64,000 bases of DNA from Candidatus Poribacteria bacterium (GCA_965222805.1 CBDCUX010000005.1:144020-208019); one strand, 5' to 3'. Numbered from the stretch's first letter, positions 1 through 9,696 are shown. Notes: generated from the sequence alone by a model not told the origin. Made by a program: numbers and translations.

Positions 1-286
1 AGTAAAAAACCAGTGCCGCATTCGGATTCTCTGCGAGTTCCTTCCCCTTTTGGCTTTCGTAGTCGGTATAAAAGACGAATCCCCGCTCATCAAGTCCTCT
101 GAGCAGGACAATCCTTCCCGAAGGCACACCGTCTTTCGTTGCTGTCGCCAGCGTCACCGCGTCCGGCAGATCAATCTCCGCATCAATCGCCTCTTGAAAC
201 CATTTCTCAAACTGCTTAAAGGGATTCGTATCCAAGTCTTGTTCGTCCAAGCCGGCATCAGTATATTCTCTGCGAAGCTTATCCAT
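1..286 (-). CDS. pdxH: Pyridoxamine 5'-phosphate oxidase (N-terminal part; runs off window start)
   Basis: Not in the ORF track. Manual minus-strand translation from ATG at 286: MDKLRREYTDAGLDEQDLDTNPFKQFEKWF...TLATATKDGVPSGRIVLLRGLDERGFVFYTDYESQKGKELAENPNAALVFY, the typical PdxH N-terminus; AAGGAG upstream. Confidence 0.93.
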   Translation of the reverse strand, partial: MDKLRREYTDAGLDEQDLDTNPFKQFEKWFQEAIDAEIDLPDAVTLATATKDGVPSGRIVLLRGLDERGFVFYTDYESQKGKELAENPNAALVFY

Positions 287-329
287 ACCCAAAAAAATCT
301 CCTTGCAACTAACGCTCACATTTTACCCT

Positions 330-1415
330 TCACGAATCAGATCGAATTTCAGCAATAACCGCATCTGTCATTTCGACGGTGCCGACCGTTTTTAGTCCCG
401 GCTGTTGGATGTCGATTGTGCGGACTCCTTTGTCGATTGCGCGATCAACGGCGTTTTCAATATCCGCGGCTTCCGTATCCAGATCGAAGGAGTGTCGAAG
501 CAACAGGGCTGCAGACAAAATCTCCCCTATCGGGTTGGCGACCCCTTGCCCGGTGATATCCGGTGCGGTGCCGTGAATTGGCTCGTAGAAGCCTTGCTTG
601 GTGTAGCCGTAGCTCGCCGATGGACACATGCCAAGTGAACCAACCAACACGGCCGCTTCGTCGGTGAGGATGTCTCCGAAGATATTCCCCGTGACCATGA
701 CATCAAACTGGCTCGGATTTCGGATGAGATGATAGGCACACGCATCGACTAGGATATGATTCAATTCTACATCGGGATACTCCTGACCAACTTTTGTCGC
801 GACTTCTCGCCACAGCTTTGAACTTTCTAACATGTTTTCCTTCGCCACAGAGGTGAGTTTTTTAGAACGTTTTCGTGCGAGCTCAAAGCCAGCGCGCACG
901 ACACGGTCAATCTCCCGCGTCGTGTAAGCAAGTGTATTGCATCCACGTTCTCCATCTGCGTGCTTCTCAATACCGCGTGGTTCGCCGTAGTATAAACCGC
1001 CAGCCAACTCACGGATCACAACAAAGTCCAACCCCTCACCGATAATCTCATCCTTAACCGGCATGACGGGTGCCAACGCCTTTCTTCCACGAATCGGGCG
1101 CAGGTTCACAAAAAGGTCAAGTTCTTTGCGAACTGTTCCGACAGCGCGTTCAGGACGCTCTGCGCTCGGCACGTCCTCCCACTCCGGTCCCCCTGCCGCG
1201 CCGAATAAGATTGCGTCGGATCGTCGGCATAGGTCCAACGTTTCTTGGGGCAGGGCTGTGCCGGTTTCATCAATTGCACACCCGCCTAGCAATCCGTATT
1301 CGTAGTCAAAGTGATGCCCATATTTGTCTTGCACAGTATCTAATACCCGAATAGCTTCAGCTGTGACCTCTTGACCGATCCCATCGCCGGGTATTACGGT
1401 AATTTTTGCGTTCAT
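330..1415 (-). CDS. leuB: 3-isopropylmalate dehydrogenase
   Basis: IPGDGIGQEV, NLRP, RELAGGLYYG, NIFGDILTDEAA, EPIHGTAPDITGQGVANP motifs; start placed at MNAKITV after AAGGAG. Confidence 0.9.
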   Translation of the reverse strand: MNAKITVIPGDGIGQEVTAEAIRVLDTVQDKYGHHFDYEYGLLGGCAIDETGTALPQETLDLCRRSDAILFGAAGGPEWEDVPSAERPERAVGTVRKELDLFVNLRPIRGRKALAPVMPVKDEIIGEGLDFVVIRELAGGLYYGEPRGIEKHADGERGCNTLAYTTREIDRVVRAGFELARKRSKKLTSVAKENMLESSKLWREVATKVGQEYPDVELNHILVDACAYHLIRNPSQFDVMVTGNIFGDILTDEAAVLVGSLGMCPSASYGYTKQGFYEPIHGTAPDITGQGVANPIGEILSAALLLRHSFDLDTEAADIENAVDRAIDKGVRTIDIQQPGLKTVGTVEMTDAVIAEIRSDS

Positions 1416-1494
1416 TAATTTCTCCTTCAAAGCCTTCCACAAATAAGTATAGTCCCGATGAATCGGGGCACTGCCTGTCAAGTCAGAGTCCACA

Positions 1495-3354
1495 TCATTT
1501 CGTCGCTTTTTCCATAATCTCCGTCATCCGAGCGACAAACGCGGGTGGGTCTACGGTATTTCCGTCAACCAGCAACGCACCTTCGTAAAGCTGTAGAATA
1601 CAGCTCTTGATGAGGGTTTCATCGCCTTGGTTCTGGTTGAGCTGTGCGAGATTCTTTATTAACGGATGGGAAAAGTTGATTTCTAAGATGCGTTTGGAGC
1701 CGGTGAAATCCTGATTCATCATTTTCATCATCCGCTCCATGTGAGCGTCCATACCGTCTGCCCCGACAACCAAGGTTGCTGCCGAATCAACCAACCGTTT
1801 GGAGGCGACCACATCCTCTACCTTATCACCAAGGGTCTCCTTAAAAACAGAAATCAGTTGGACATCCTCGGTTAAGGTATCGTCTTGGCTTTCTTCGTCT
1901 GTCTCGAGTTCTATATCCGCCTTTTCGATACTTTTCAGCGGTTTCTCATCATATTCAAGCAGATGTGGAATATTGAACAGATCAGTGGGATCGATGAAGA
2001 ACAACACCTCAATCCCCCCCTTCTTGAAATACTCCAAATTTGGATTCCGTTCGACCGCATCTCTATTATCACCTGACAGGTAATAAATCTCTTTCTGATC
2101 TTCTGACATTCCCGCGACATAATCCTTCAGGGAGGTAAACTTGCCGCTTTCGGTTCTGGTCGATTCAAACCGTAAGAGGTCAAGCAGTCGATCCCTGTTG
2201 ACGAAATCTGAACTGAGTCCTGTCTTGAAGAGCAAACCGAAATTCCTGAAGAATTTTTCGTACTTCTCCGAGTCGTTTTTCGCCCAGTCTTCCAGCAGAG
2301 AAAGCACCCGGCCCGTTAAGGTTTCCCGGATACGTGCCATGATGGGGCTCGATTGTGTTACCTCGCGGGACACATTCAAGGGCAGATCCTCGGTATCCAC
2401 CACCCCTGATATAAATCGAAGGTATTCAGGAAGAAGTTCTTTGCAATCGTCTTGGATAAAAACCTTGCTCGAATATAGGTGCAACGAGCCCATGTCTTCC
2501 TCCCTGAGAAATCTGAGCGGCTGCGTCTCGGGGATAAACATCAACGCTTTGAAATCCACCCGACCTTCGAGAGACAGGTGCAGGTGACCGAGCGGCGGAT
2601 TGAGATCGTTAGATATAAATTTATAGAACTCATTCCGTTCCTCCTCCGTCACTTCATTCCTATTCTTATGCCATAAGGCACTGACAGTATTCACCTGCGT
2701 CCCATTGACCGAAACAGGAAAATCGACAAAATTGGAATATTTCGTGATAACCTGCTCAACGCTATACGATTGGCTAAATTCCTTTGATTCGTCTTTCAGT
2801 TTGAAGAAGATTTGGGTGCCCCTCTGTGGGCGTTCAATCTCCTTGATGGTAAATTTGCCCTCACCTGTTGACTGCCACCGGAATCCCTTTGAGTCGGCAT
2901 CCGCATGACGCGTTTCAATTGTAATCTCATTCGTGAGCATGAACACCGAATAAAAACCGATACCAAACTGACCGATCAGGTCGGCGTCAAAAGGTTTGTC
3001 ACCTTCCTTCATCTGCTCCAAAAATTCTAGCGTTCCCGAGCTAGCAACGGTGCCAATCCTGTCGGTTAAATCGTCCTTGGTCATGCCGATGCCCGTATCC
3101 GTAATCGAGAATGTCTGTGCATCGGCATCAACAGCGATATCAATTCTTAAAGGTGTATCGGGATTCAAAATATTCTTATCCGTCAACTGCCTGAAGCGGA
3201 TTTTATGCAACGCATCGGACGCGTTGGAAATCAGTTCACGGATGGCGACTTCGGGCTGAGTATAAAGCGAGTGAACGATGAGATGCAGGAGTCGTTCCAT
3301 CTCCGCTTTATACTCAAACTCTTGGATTTCTTCGGTGTTGTTACTATCAGTCAT
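1495..3354 (-). CDS. htpG: Molecular chaperone HtpG (Hsp90)
   Basis: IRELISNASDA, DTGIGMT, IGQFGIGFYS, DLPLNVSRE motifs. Confidence 0.97.
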   Translation of the reverse strand: MTDSNNTEEIQEFEYKAEMERLLHLIVHSLYTQPEVAIRELISNASDALHKIRFRQLTDKNILNPDTPLRIDIAVDADAQTFSITDTGIGMTKDDLTDRIGTVASSGTLEFLEQMKEGDKPFDADLIGQFGIGFYSVFMLTNEITIETRHADADSKGFRWQSTGEGKFTIKEIERPQRGTQIFFKLKDESKEFSQSYSVEQVITKYSNFVDFPVSVNGTQVNTVSALWHKNRNEVTEEERNEFYKFISNDLNPPLGHLHLSLEGRVDFKALMFIPETQPLRFLREEDMGSLHLYSSKVFIQDDCKELLPEYLRFISGVVDTEDLPLNVSREVTQSSPIMARIRETLTGRVLSLLEDWAKNDSEKYEKFFRNFGLLFKTGLSSDFVNRDRLLDLLRFESTRTESGKFTSLKDYVAGMSEDQKEIYYLSGDNRDAVERNPNLEYFKKGGIEVLFFIDPTDLFNIPHLLEYDEKPLKSIEKADIELETDEESQDDTLTEDVQLISVFKETLGDKVEDVVASKRLVDSAATLVVGADGMDAHMERMMKMMNQDFTGSKRILEINFSHPLIKNLAQLNQNQGDETLIKSCILQLYEGALLVDGNTVDPPAFVARMTEIMEKATK

Positions 3355-3426
3355 GATTAAAAATTCTCCTTTCGCTGTAGCTTTGTCAGATTATCAAATG
3401 TGCAAGATTTCAGTTGTTCACCGCAT

Positions 3427-4077
3427 CTAAGGTCCCTCATACTTTTTCGCCATAACGATATACACCGGATCTGTGTATTCATCGGCCTGTGGGGTGTAAT
3501 CCAAAAATGTGATTTCCGCATAACCACCCGCCAAACGGAAGTAATGCTCCACCAATTCTGCGTGCTCAGCGTCAGCGGTTACGCGCCAGATGTACACCGC
3601 TTTCGTCGGGAACAAACGATTGGAGAAAATGACGACCAACGGACCATCTGGCTGCAGAATGCGATGCACCTCACGAAAAACCTCGACCGGCTTTGTCAGA
3701 TACTGCATCGAAACCGTCATGATTACCGCTGCAAATTCTCCACTATCAAAAGGGAGGGTTGGATTGGCATTGAGGTCATGAATCACATATTCGTCAAGGG
3801 CAGGATTGACCTGGAGCTCTACCGCGTTCAAGCCTAATCCGACGACACGTTGAGCGGGAAATCCTTCGGGTAGGTGGGAGAAGGCACTGCTCATCAGGTC
3901 TAATATGGCAGCATTTCTCGGCAAGGTTTGATCGAAAAATTCCTTGATTGCGACGATTGCGTTGTCGTCAATATGGGTGACGATACGGGGTTCGGCGTAA
4001 AACAGGCGATCATCGGTTTCGTCAATTCGTGCGAAGGCCGCAGGAGGTAGTGCTTTTTTCATTTGGAGGATCATCAA
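3427..4077 (-). CDS. Class I SAM-dependent methyltransferase
   Basis: DxxFYxEPRxVxHIDD, LDLMSSxxSHLP, QYLTKP, FSNRxFPTKA family motifs. Confidence 0.85.
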   Translation of the reverse strand: MMILQMKKALPPAAFARIDETDDRLFYAEPRIVTHIDDNAIVAIKEFFDQTLPRNAAILDLMSSAFSHLPEGFPAQRVVGLGLNAVELQVNPALDEYVIHDLNANPTLPFDSGEFAAVIMTVSMQYLTKPVEVFREVHRILQPDGPLVVIFSNRLFPTKAVYIWRVTADAEHAELVEHYFRLAGGYAEITFLDYTPQADEYTDPVYIVMAKKYEGP

Positions 4078-4121
4078 AAAATTTGGCGTATATTGACAAT
4101 AACTTTACAGTACCACTAGTC

Positions 4122-4850
4122 TTACCACATACTCAACCGTAGCTTCAGCAGCCGACGCAGCTCTTTAATTGGCTGCTTATGGTCATCAACCCGTAGATCG
4201 ATATACCGATCATTAAAACCACCCACTCCACCATTTTCACGTACAACAATCAACGCTGCCGCCTGCTGCCCACGTCGATCGCCGCCCTTTTCCTGCCCTG
4301 CAATGAGTGCTGCCATCAGTTTTTCTGCAAGTTCTCCCTCTGTTTTCTCAAACGCCTCTCCCATCGCCTCGACAACCGCCTCCCCTGTCAGGAGGTTGCC
4401 TTGTGCCGTGTAATTTTCTCCCTGACGTGCACCCGCCCATTCCATACATTCGTCGCCAGTGTAGTTAGCAACGTTGCCGCTCGCATCAAGGATGCCGACC
4501 TGACGTTGTGATCTGCCCTCATCATCAGCAACCAGCCGATTCAACGCTTGCTGGGCGGAGAGTCCGTTTTCCAGAAGTTCCAAACCTTTTGAGCCATAGG
4601 TCGTATTTGTCCACGATTGGGTCGCAACTGCACCGACACCTGCCTTTGCCCACGGGACAATAGCTCCAACGGCGAAAAACTTGGATTGAACGGCAACTCC
4701 AAGATCGCCATTCTCCGGATCGCGCCCAACGATTGAAAAGGTTGTGGCGAGGCGATCATGCACTTTAGAATTGGGCTGATGCGGTTCCGTGTTGGCAAAA
4801 GCGAGGACGCCGGTGTAGATTGTCGCACAGACAAACCGGAGGGGTGACAT
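4122..4850 (-). CDS. DUF1028 family Ntn-hydrolase-like protein, probably secreted
   Basis: TFSIV...GVAVQS, GVGAVATQ, RQVG, QGNLL, GGDRRG, DLRVDDH; hydrophobic N-terminus. Confidence 0.88.
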   Translation of the reverse strand: MSPLRFVCATIYTGVLAFANTEPHQPNSKVHDRLATTFSIVGRDPENGDLGVAVQSKFFAVGAIVPWAKAGVGAVATQSWTNTTYGSKGLELLENGLSAQQALNRLVADDEGRSQRQVGILDASGNVANYTGDECMEWAGARQGENYTAQGNLLTGEAVVEAMGEAFEKTEGELAEKLMAALIAGQEKGGDRRGQQAAALIVVRENGGVGGFNDRYIDLRVDDHKQPIKELRRLLKLRLSMW

Positions 4851-4877
4851 GCAGGCAAATCTCCTTTGCGTGATACC

Positions 4878-5030
4878 GGAAATAGGGAATTAAAGGATTG
4901 ACATACTCCCAAACCTAAAGGATTGGGATTCTCATCCTTTAGGATTCGAATTGCTCTATCAACAAAGTCAGCCCGACGAATTGGGACTTACAACTTCTCC
5001 TGAGAGGGTGGATGCCCCCACCCTATGGAT
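4878..5030 (-). ncRNA. Predicted omega-RNA (reRNA) of element 1, guide = flank 4897-4878 (UCCUUUAAUUCCCUAUUUCC)
   Basis: Overlaps the tnpB 3' end and right-end hairpin, as established for TnpB systems; 5' boundary approximate. Confidence 0.6.
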
Positions 5031-6095
5031 ATTGACCGCCGCATTGCGGTCTCTATCCAACTCTGTGTGGCAGCTTGGACACTGCCATGTTCTATCACGA
5101 AGGTTTAGGTCTTGGTTGATTGCACCACAGACATGGCAGGTCTTACTCGAAGGATACCACTTGTCTATGAATCGGATTTCCGTGCTTTTCTTCGAAGCGA
5201 TATACTTGAGTTTCTGCACAAAGTCAGAAAAACCTAAGTCAGAGACTTTGCGACCCCAAAGGGACTTCATGCCTTTGAGGTTGAGGGTCTCCAGTGAAAT
5301 CCAATCATATCTGTCTGTGAGGTCATGAGCAAGTTTCCAGTGGAAATCTTGCCTTTGGTTCGCAATCTTGCGATGTTTCTTTGCAAGGTTGACTCTTGCA
5401 CGTTGCCGATTCTTTGACCTTGCGACCTTTCGTGAATGGTTGCGATTGGCACGGTTGATAGTGTTGAGACCGCGCTTGAAGAATTGTGGAGAGTCGTAGT
5501 CATTGAAGCTAGACCCGGTGAGATACCTCTTTAGTCCAAAGTCCAACCCCGCGTTATTACCCGTCGTGGGCGACTCTAAATCGGTATCTACATAGTCTGT
5601 CAGAATGATTAGCCATACGTCTCCTACGCTGTCACGTTTTATCGTGCAGCGGCTCGGGGTGCCTAAGACTTCCCTACTTTTGAAATATCGGTAGATGCGT
5701 TTGCCAATACGGATAGAGTTGTTTTGTAGCAGTTTCCAACCGGCTTGCTTGAGGGTGTAGGACTTGTATAGTTTACGTCTCTTGAAACGGGGATGACCGG
5801 AACGCTTGCCGCTTTTGCGGTCAGTAAACAGTTTAGAGTACGCTTTATCAAGTCGGTCTATGACGTCTTGCAACGATTGACTCGGCAACTGATTCCAATG
5901 GGCAAAGCGGGGGAGTCGCTTCAACTTGGTTAAGTGTCGCATCAGTGCTTTCTTACCCGGATATGTCCCGTAGATAGCATAGTATCTGCGACACAACGCT
6001 ACAAAGTGATTCCATACTTCAGCATGGCTGTCAATCGTTTGCTGCAACTCACGATTAGTGTGGTTGCTATACATTTTGAACGTGTAGGTCTTCAC
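4968..6095 (-). CDS. tnpB: RNA-guided endonuclease TnpB
   Basis: RuvC triad GLDFGL / ISLETL / DRDRNAA, Zn finger CHVC...CPSC, PSSKTC; probable GTG start at 6095 (MKTYTFK), the ORF-track extension being the leader RNA. Confidence 0.93.
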   Translation of the reverse strand: MKTYTFKMYSNHTNRELQQTIDSHAEVWNHFVALCRRYYAIYGTYPGKKALMRHLTKLKRLPRFAHWNQLPSQSLQDVIDRLDKAYSKLFTDRKSGKRSGHPRFKRRKLYKSYTLKQAGWKLLQNNSIRIGKRIYRYFKSREVLGTPSRCTIKRDSVGDVWLIILTDYVDTDLESPTTGNNAGLDFGLKRYLTGSSFNDYDSPQFFKRGLNTINRANRNHSRKVARSKNRQRARVNLAKKHRKIANQRQDFHWKLAHDLTDRYDWISLETLNLKGMKSLWGRKVSDLGFSDFVQKLKYIASKKSTEIRFIDKWYPSSKTCHVCGAINQDLNLRDRTWQCPSCHTELDRDRNAAVNIHRVGASTLSGEVVSPNSSG

Positions 6096-6188
6096 GAGAT
6101 TGTCTTTCTGTCTTTCATGTCCTATGCTGTAGGAGGTAGGGGACACCGCCAAGCGACGGTGCAGCATTCCCCTACGAAAGACAAGACA
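6096..6188 (-). ncRNA. Conserved structured 5' leader RNA upstream of tnpB (copy 1)
   Basis: Homologous to 52708-52802 with compensatory changes; stems TTGTCTTTC/GAAAGACAA, GTAGGGGA/TCCCCTAC, CACCGTC-GCTT-GGCGGTG, CCTA-CAGCA-TAGG. Confidence 0.75.
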
Positions 6189-6217
6189 ATTATAATAGAC
6201 TTAGCCTACAAAATCAA
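6189..6217 (-). promoter_or_regulatory. Sigma70-type promoter of tnpB leader
   Basis: TTGATT-17 nt-TATAAT on minus strand; same position and spacing in element 2. Confidence 0.75.
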
Positions 6218-6335
6218 TACAAAAACGGCTGAAGCGAAACTTATATCCCAAAGATAAATCATTGGGCTTTACGGGCTAAAGCCCAACTCTGTAAAAAAGG
6301 TTGGAAAGGTTCTCCGCTTCCTCTCCTTCTAATCG

Positions 6336-7658
6336 TTAATGTTCGACTTCAAGATCGTCCCGATCCTTATCAGATCGGATCTTCATCGCCTCCGCATGTC
6401 CTTGAAGTCCCTCAACCTGAGCGAGTTTGACGACAGCCGGCGTGACCTTTTCCAACGCGGTTTTGGTATAGGAGATAACACTTGTCTTTTTTAGGAAATC
6501 ATCAACGCTCAACGGCGATGCGTACCGCGCCGCCCCACCCGTAGGCAAAATGTGATTGGGGCCGGCGATGTAATCACCGACAGATTCTGGAGTGTAAGGT
6601 CCTAGCATAATCGCTCCCGCATTACGGATGGCACCAACCCACTCGATTGGACTTTCTACCTCTAACTCCACATGTTCAGGTGCAATCTCGTTGGCGAGCT
6701 CCATCGCTTCGGTTAAATCTGCAACGATAAACGCCGCTCCGTAATTTTCAAAAGCACCGGTTAGTTCAGATTGGCGGGGCAGTTTTTGTGCCTGATGCTC
6801 AATTTCTGCACAAACCTGTTCCGCAATTTCTCTTGATATTGTAATAAGAATGGCAGAACATTCTACGCTGTGTTCTGCCTGCGAAATTAGGTCCGCTGCA
6901 ACATAGGCGGGATTTGCCGTGTGATCGGCAATAATGAGGACTTCGCTTGGACCCGCTAGCTTGTCAATATCGACGGGTCCATACACCTCTTTTTTCGCAA
7001 GTTGGACATACAGATTGCCCGGACCAACGATTTTATCCACTCTCGGGATGGTGCTCGTCCCATACGCCATCGCACCAACTGCTTGGGCACCACCACATCT
7101 GTAAATCTCACGGACCCCACATGCAGATGCGGCGAAAAGCATGTGCGGGTCAATCTGCCCATCTCGCATCGGTCCCATGAAGACCGCAATCTCCTCAACA
7201 CCCGCAACCTTCGCAGGGACAACATTCATTATTAACGAAGAAACCAGCAACTGACTCACCGACGGGACACATACGCCGACACGCCTTAGCGGACGGATGA
7301 GGTGTCCCAAAACAACGCCATCGGCCTCGGTAGACAGCCAAGAATTCCGCAGCTGCTTTTGGTGAAATCGCTCAATATTCGTCCGCGCAAGCTGGACCGC
7401 ATCGTGGAAGTCTGAATCGACCTGCGTGGAGGCACTCTCAATCTCTGCGTCTGTAACCCGTATCTCGTTGACAGACATCCGTGGAGCATCAAATCTGCGC
7501 GTATATTTAACGACGGCTCTGTCACCATTTCTTTGGACATCTTGCAAAATCCGCTGGACTGTCCTAAGAATACTTGGTTCTTCTAATCCCCCACGCAGAC
7601 TAAGTTTTTCGATGAAAGCCGCCGCTTCGTCCGAATGGGCATCAAGAATGATGATCAC
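6336..7658 (-). CDS. hisD: Histidinol dehydrogenase
   Basis: [48 protein letters not shown]; GTG start after GAGGA. Confidence 0.95.
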   Translation of the reverse strand: MIIILDAHSDEAAAFIEKLSLRGGLEEPSILRTVQRILQDVQRNGDRAVVKYTRRFDAPRMSVNEIRVTDAEIESASTQVDSDFHDAVQLARTNIERFHQKQLRNSWLSTEADGVVLGHLIRPLRRVGVCVPSVSQLLVSSLIMNVVPAKVAGVEEIAVFMGPMRDGQIDPHMLFAASACGVREIYRCGGAQAVGAMAYGTSTIPRVDKIVGPGNLYVQLAKKEVYGPVDIDKLAGPSEVLIIADHTANPAYVAADLISQAEHSVECSAILITISREIAEQVCAEIEHQAQKLPRQSELTGAFENYGAAFIVADLTEAMELANEIAPEHVELEVESPIEWVGAIRNAGAIMLGPYTPESVGDYIAGPNHILPTGGAARYASPLSVDDFLKKTSVISYTKTALEKVTPAVVKLAQVEGLQGHAEAMKIRSDKDRDDLEVEH

Positions 7659-7702
7659 AAAAAATTCCTCACTTCTTGTCAAGATTCGTACTGACTTTAC
7701 TA

Positions 7703-8513
7703 GGGCGTGTTGACATTTGTGTCATAATGGTAATATGTCAACCTTCACCCTATCCGATACGCAATGGTCAAAAATAGTATCATTCCTTAACACCTGTCCT
7801 GACATCTATACCGGACAACAAACTCACTTAAAACGCTTTATCAATGCGGTGCTTTGGATAACCCGTAGTGGCAGTCAATGGCGACTGTTACCTAAACAAT
7901 ACGGCAATTGGAACAGTGTCTATAAACGATTCGCAAGATGGTGCGATAAAGATATCTTTCAACGCATGCACCAATACTTTGCCAAAGACCCTGATATGGA
8001 GTGGCTCATCATTGACACCACTATCATTCGCACGCACCCATGTGCTGGAGGTGCATTGAAAACAAGTGGGGGTCAAGCCTCACAAGCACTTGGACGCAGC
8101 CGAGGTGGATTTTCAACCAAAATTCACCTCGCTGTTGACGGCTTAGGTAATCCCTTACGTTTAATGCTGACAGCCGGTCAACGGCACGACATCACTTGTG
8201 CTGAAGCGTTGATTGACGGTTATAACAGTGAGTATGTGATAGTTCCGACACAGCCTATGATGCTATGGCATTTATTGAGTCGATAACCGAAAGGGGTGCG
8301 GTGCCGGTGATACCGCCACGTGCCAACCGTCGGGATTCACGCACTTATGATGTGCATCTGTATAAAGAGAGGCATTTAGTCGAATGTTTCATCAACAAAA
8401 TGAAGCAGTATCGCCGTATCTCCGCTCGTTTTGATAAGCTAGCGGTTCGATATATGGGGTTTCTGAGTTTCGTTGCCACCATTATCTGGTTACGATGAAA
8501 TGTCAACAGAACC
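7703..8513 (+). mobile_element. IS5-family (IS427-like) insertion sequence
   Basis: Imperfect 16-bp TIRs GGGCGTGTTGACATTT / GGTTCTGTTGACATTT, flanked by TA (7701-7702, 8514-8515) in a CTAG context. Confidence 0.9.
7735..8498 (+). pseudogene. IS5-family transposase, frameshifted near 8242
   Basis: WRLLPKQYGNWNSVYKRFARW, IIDTT, GRSRGGFSTKIH, RHLVECFINKMKQYRRI; GTT CCG ACA reads as GCC GAC ACA GCC TAT GAT (ADTAYD) with two extra T. Confidence 0.8.
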
Positions 8514-8603
8514 TAGTACGTCTTCACTCCCTCATTGGCGTTTATGACCCACCTCCCGTACGCTCCCACATTTCAGCAAACGCTGTTTTCTCAATAATGG
8601 TAG

Positions 8604-9584
8604 TTATCGGATGCCCTGTTTGAACCATCCCCATATGGTGAGTTTCTTACCTGCGGGAGTAACTGCAAAAGCAGGACTAAACCATGCAGGATGCCAGTCA
8701 TTATGAGGATCATTATTGGTGAGTCTTTGTTGATTCTGTCCATCGGCGTCCATCACGTAGATTTTACCGTGCCCATCCCTCTCAGACACGAAGGCAATGC
8801 GTTCACCGTCAGGAGACCATGAGGGAAACCTGTCATAATGACGATTTTCAGTGAGTCTTCGTCGATTCTCCCCATCGGCATCCATCACGTAGATGTCAAA
8901 GTTTTCCCCGTTCCCATTCGTATCAGATGCGAAGGCAATGCGTTTACCGTCAGGAGACCATGAGGGCAGCAAGTCAGTCGCGGGATTTTTAGTGAGTCTT
9001 CGCGGATTACCCCCATTGGCATCCATCACGTAGATTTCCCAGTTCCTCTCAACCCTATTCCTATTAGACACGAAGGCAATGCGTTTACCGTCAGGAGACC
9101 ATGAGGGATACCTGTCCTCATTGGGATTTTTAGTGAGGTTTTGCGGATTGCCCCCATCGGCGTCCATCACGTAGATTTCATTGTTCCCATTCCTTCTAGA
9201 CTCGAAGGCAATCCGTTCACCATCGGCGGGCGACCATGAGGGATACTGGTCTGCATTGGGATTTTTAGTGAGGTTTTGCGGATTGCCCCCATCGGCGTCC
9301 ATCACGTAGATTTCGTCGTTCCCATCCCTTCTAGACACGAAGGCAATGCGCCTACCGTCCGGAGACCATGAGGGATACCAATCATCAAAGTCATTTTTAG
9401 TGAGGTTTTGCGGATTGCCCCCATCGGCGTTCATCACGTAGATTTCACGGTTTATAAAGTGCCCATCCCTATTAGACGCGAAGGCTATCTGTGCCTGTGC
9501 GTCAACGCATACTATCAGCGGCGTCAGACCTAAAGCTACAACGCTAGCTAAAAGGAAATGTGCGAGATTGTATCTCCGTTGCAT
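8604..9584 (-). CDS. Secreted TolB-like beta-propeller (PD40 repeats) with C-terminal AVTPAGKKLTIWGWFK motif
   Basis: Signal peptide, six PSWSPDGxRIAFxS...EIYVMDADG repeats; start MQRRYNL after GAGGAGG. Confidence 0.9.
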   Translation of the reverse strand: MQRRYNLAHFLLASVVALGLTPLIVCVDAQAQIAFASNRDGHFINREIYVMNADGGNPQNLTKNDFDDWYPSWSPDGRRIAFVSRRDGNDEIYVMDADGGNPQNLTKNPNADQYPSWSPADGERIAFESRRNGNNEIYVMDADGGNPQNLTKNPNEDRYPSWSPDGKRIAFVSNRNRVERNWEIYVMDANGGNPRRLTKNPATDLLPSWSPDGKRIAFASDTNGNGENFDIYVMDADGENRRRLTENRHYDRFPSWSPDGERIAFVSERDGHGKIYVMDADGQNQQRLTNNDPHNDWHPAWFSPAFAVTPAGKKLTIWGWFKQGIR

Positions 9585-9633
9585 CTGTCTTTCCTCCTCT
9601 GTTCTCAAATCGGTTTTTTATTCTTTGAATCAG

Positions 9634-9696
9634 TATGTGGGGTTTCTGAGTTTCGTTGCCACGATTATCTGGTTACGATGAAATGTCAACAGAACC
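9634..9696 (+). mobile_element. Orphan right-end fragment of the IS5 element at 7703-8513
   Basis: About 63 bp nearly identical to 8451-8513 including the TIR, followed by TA that is part of the murA stop codon. Confidence 0.9.

Larger units (their letters stand above)
4898..6290 (-). mobile_element. Non-autonomous IS200/IS605-family (IS1341-like, tnpB-only) element 1
   Basis: Minus strand: left end TTAC|...AAAG-CCCAATGATTTATCTTTGGG hairpin; right end GAAT-CCCAATCCTTTAGGTTTGGG-AGTATG-TCAA|. Guide/cleavage tetranucleotide pairs AAAG/TTAC and GAAT/TCAA follow IS608 rules; no tnpA. Confidence 0.88.

Noticed and set aside
50-358. 102-aa plus-strand ORF
   Set aside because: Shadow of pdxH on the minus strand.
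6096-6167. N-terminal extension of TnpB in the ORF track (MLHRRLAVSP...)
   Set aside because: Region is the structured leader; the homologous leader in element 2 is not in frame with tnpB.
8230-8290. Programmed frameshift between the two IS5 ORFs
   Set aside because: No slippery A-run at the junction; a 2-nt insertion in the ADxAYD motif explains it as mutation or sequencing error.
8700-9490. About 132-bp periodic repeats
   Set aside because: Explained by PD40 propeller blades.
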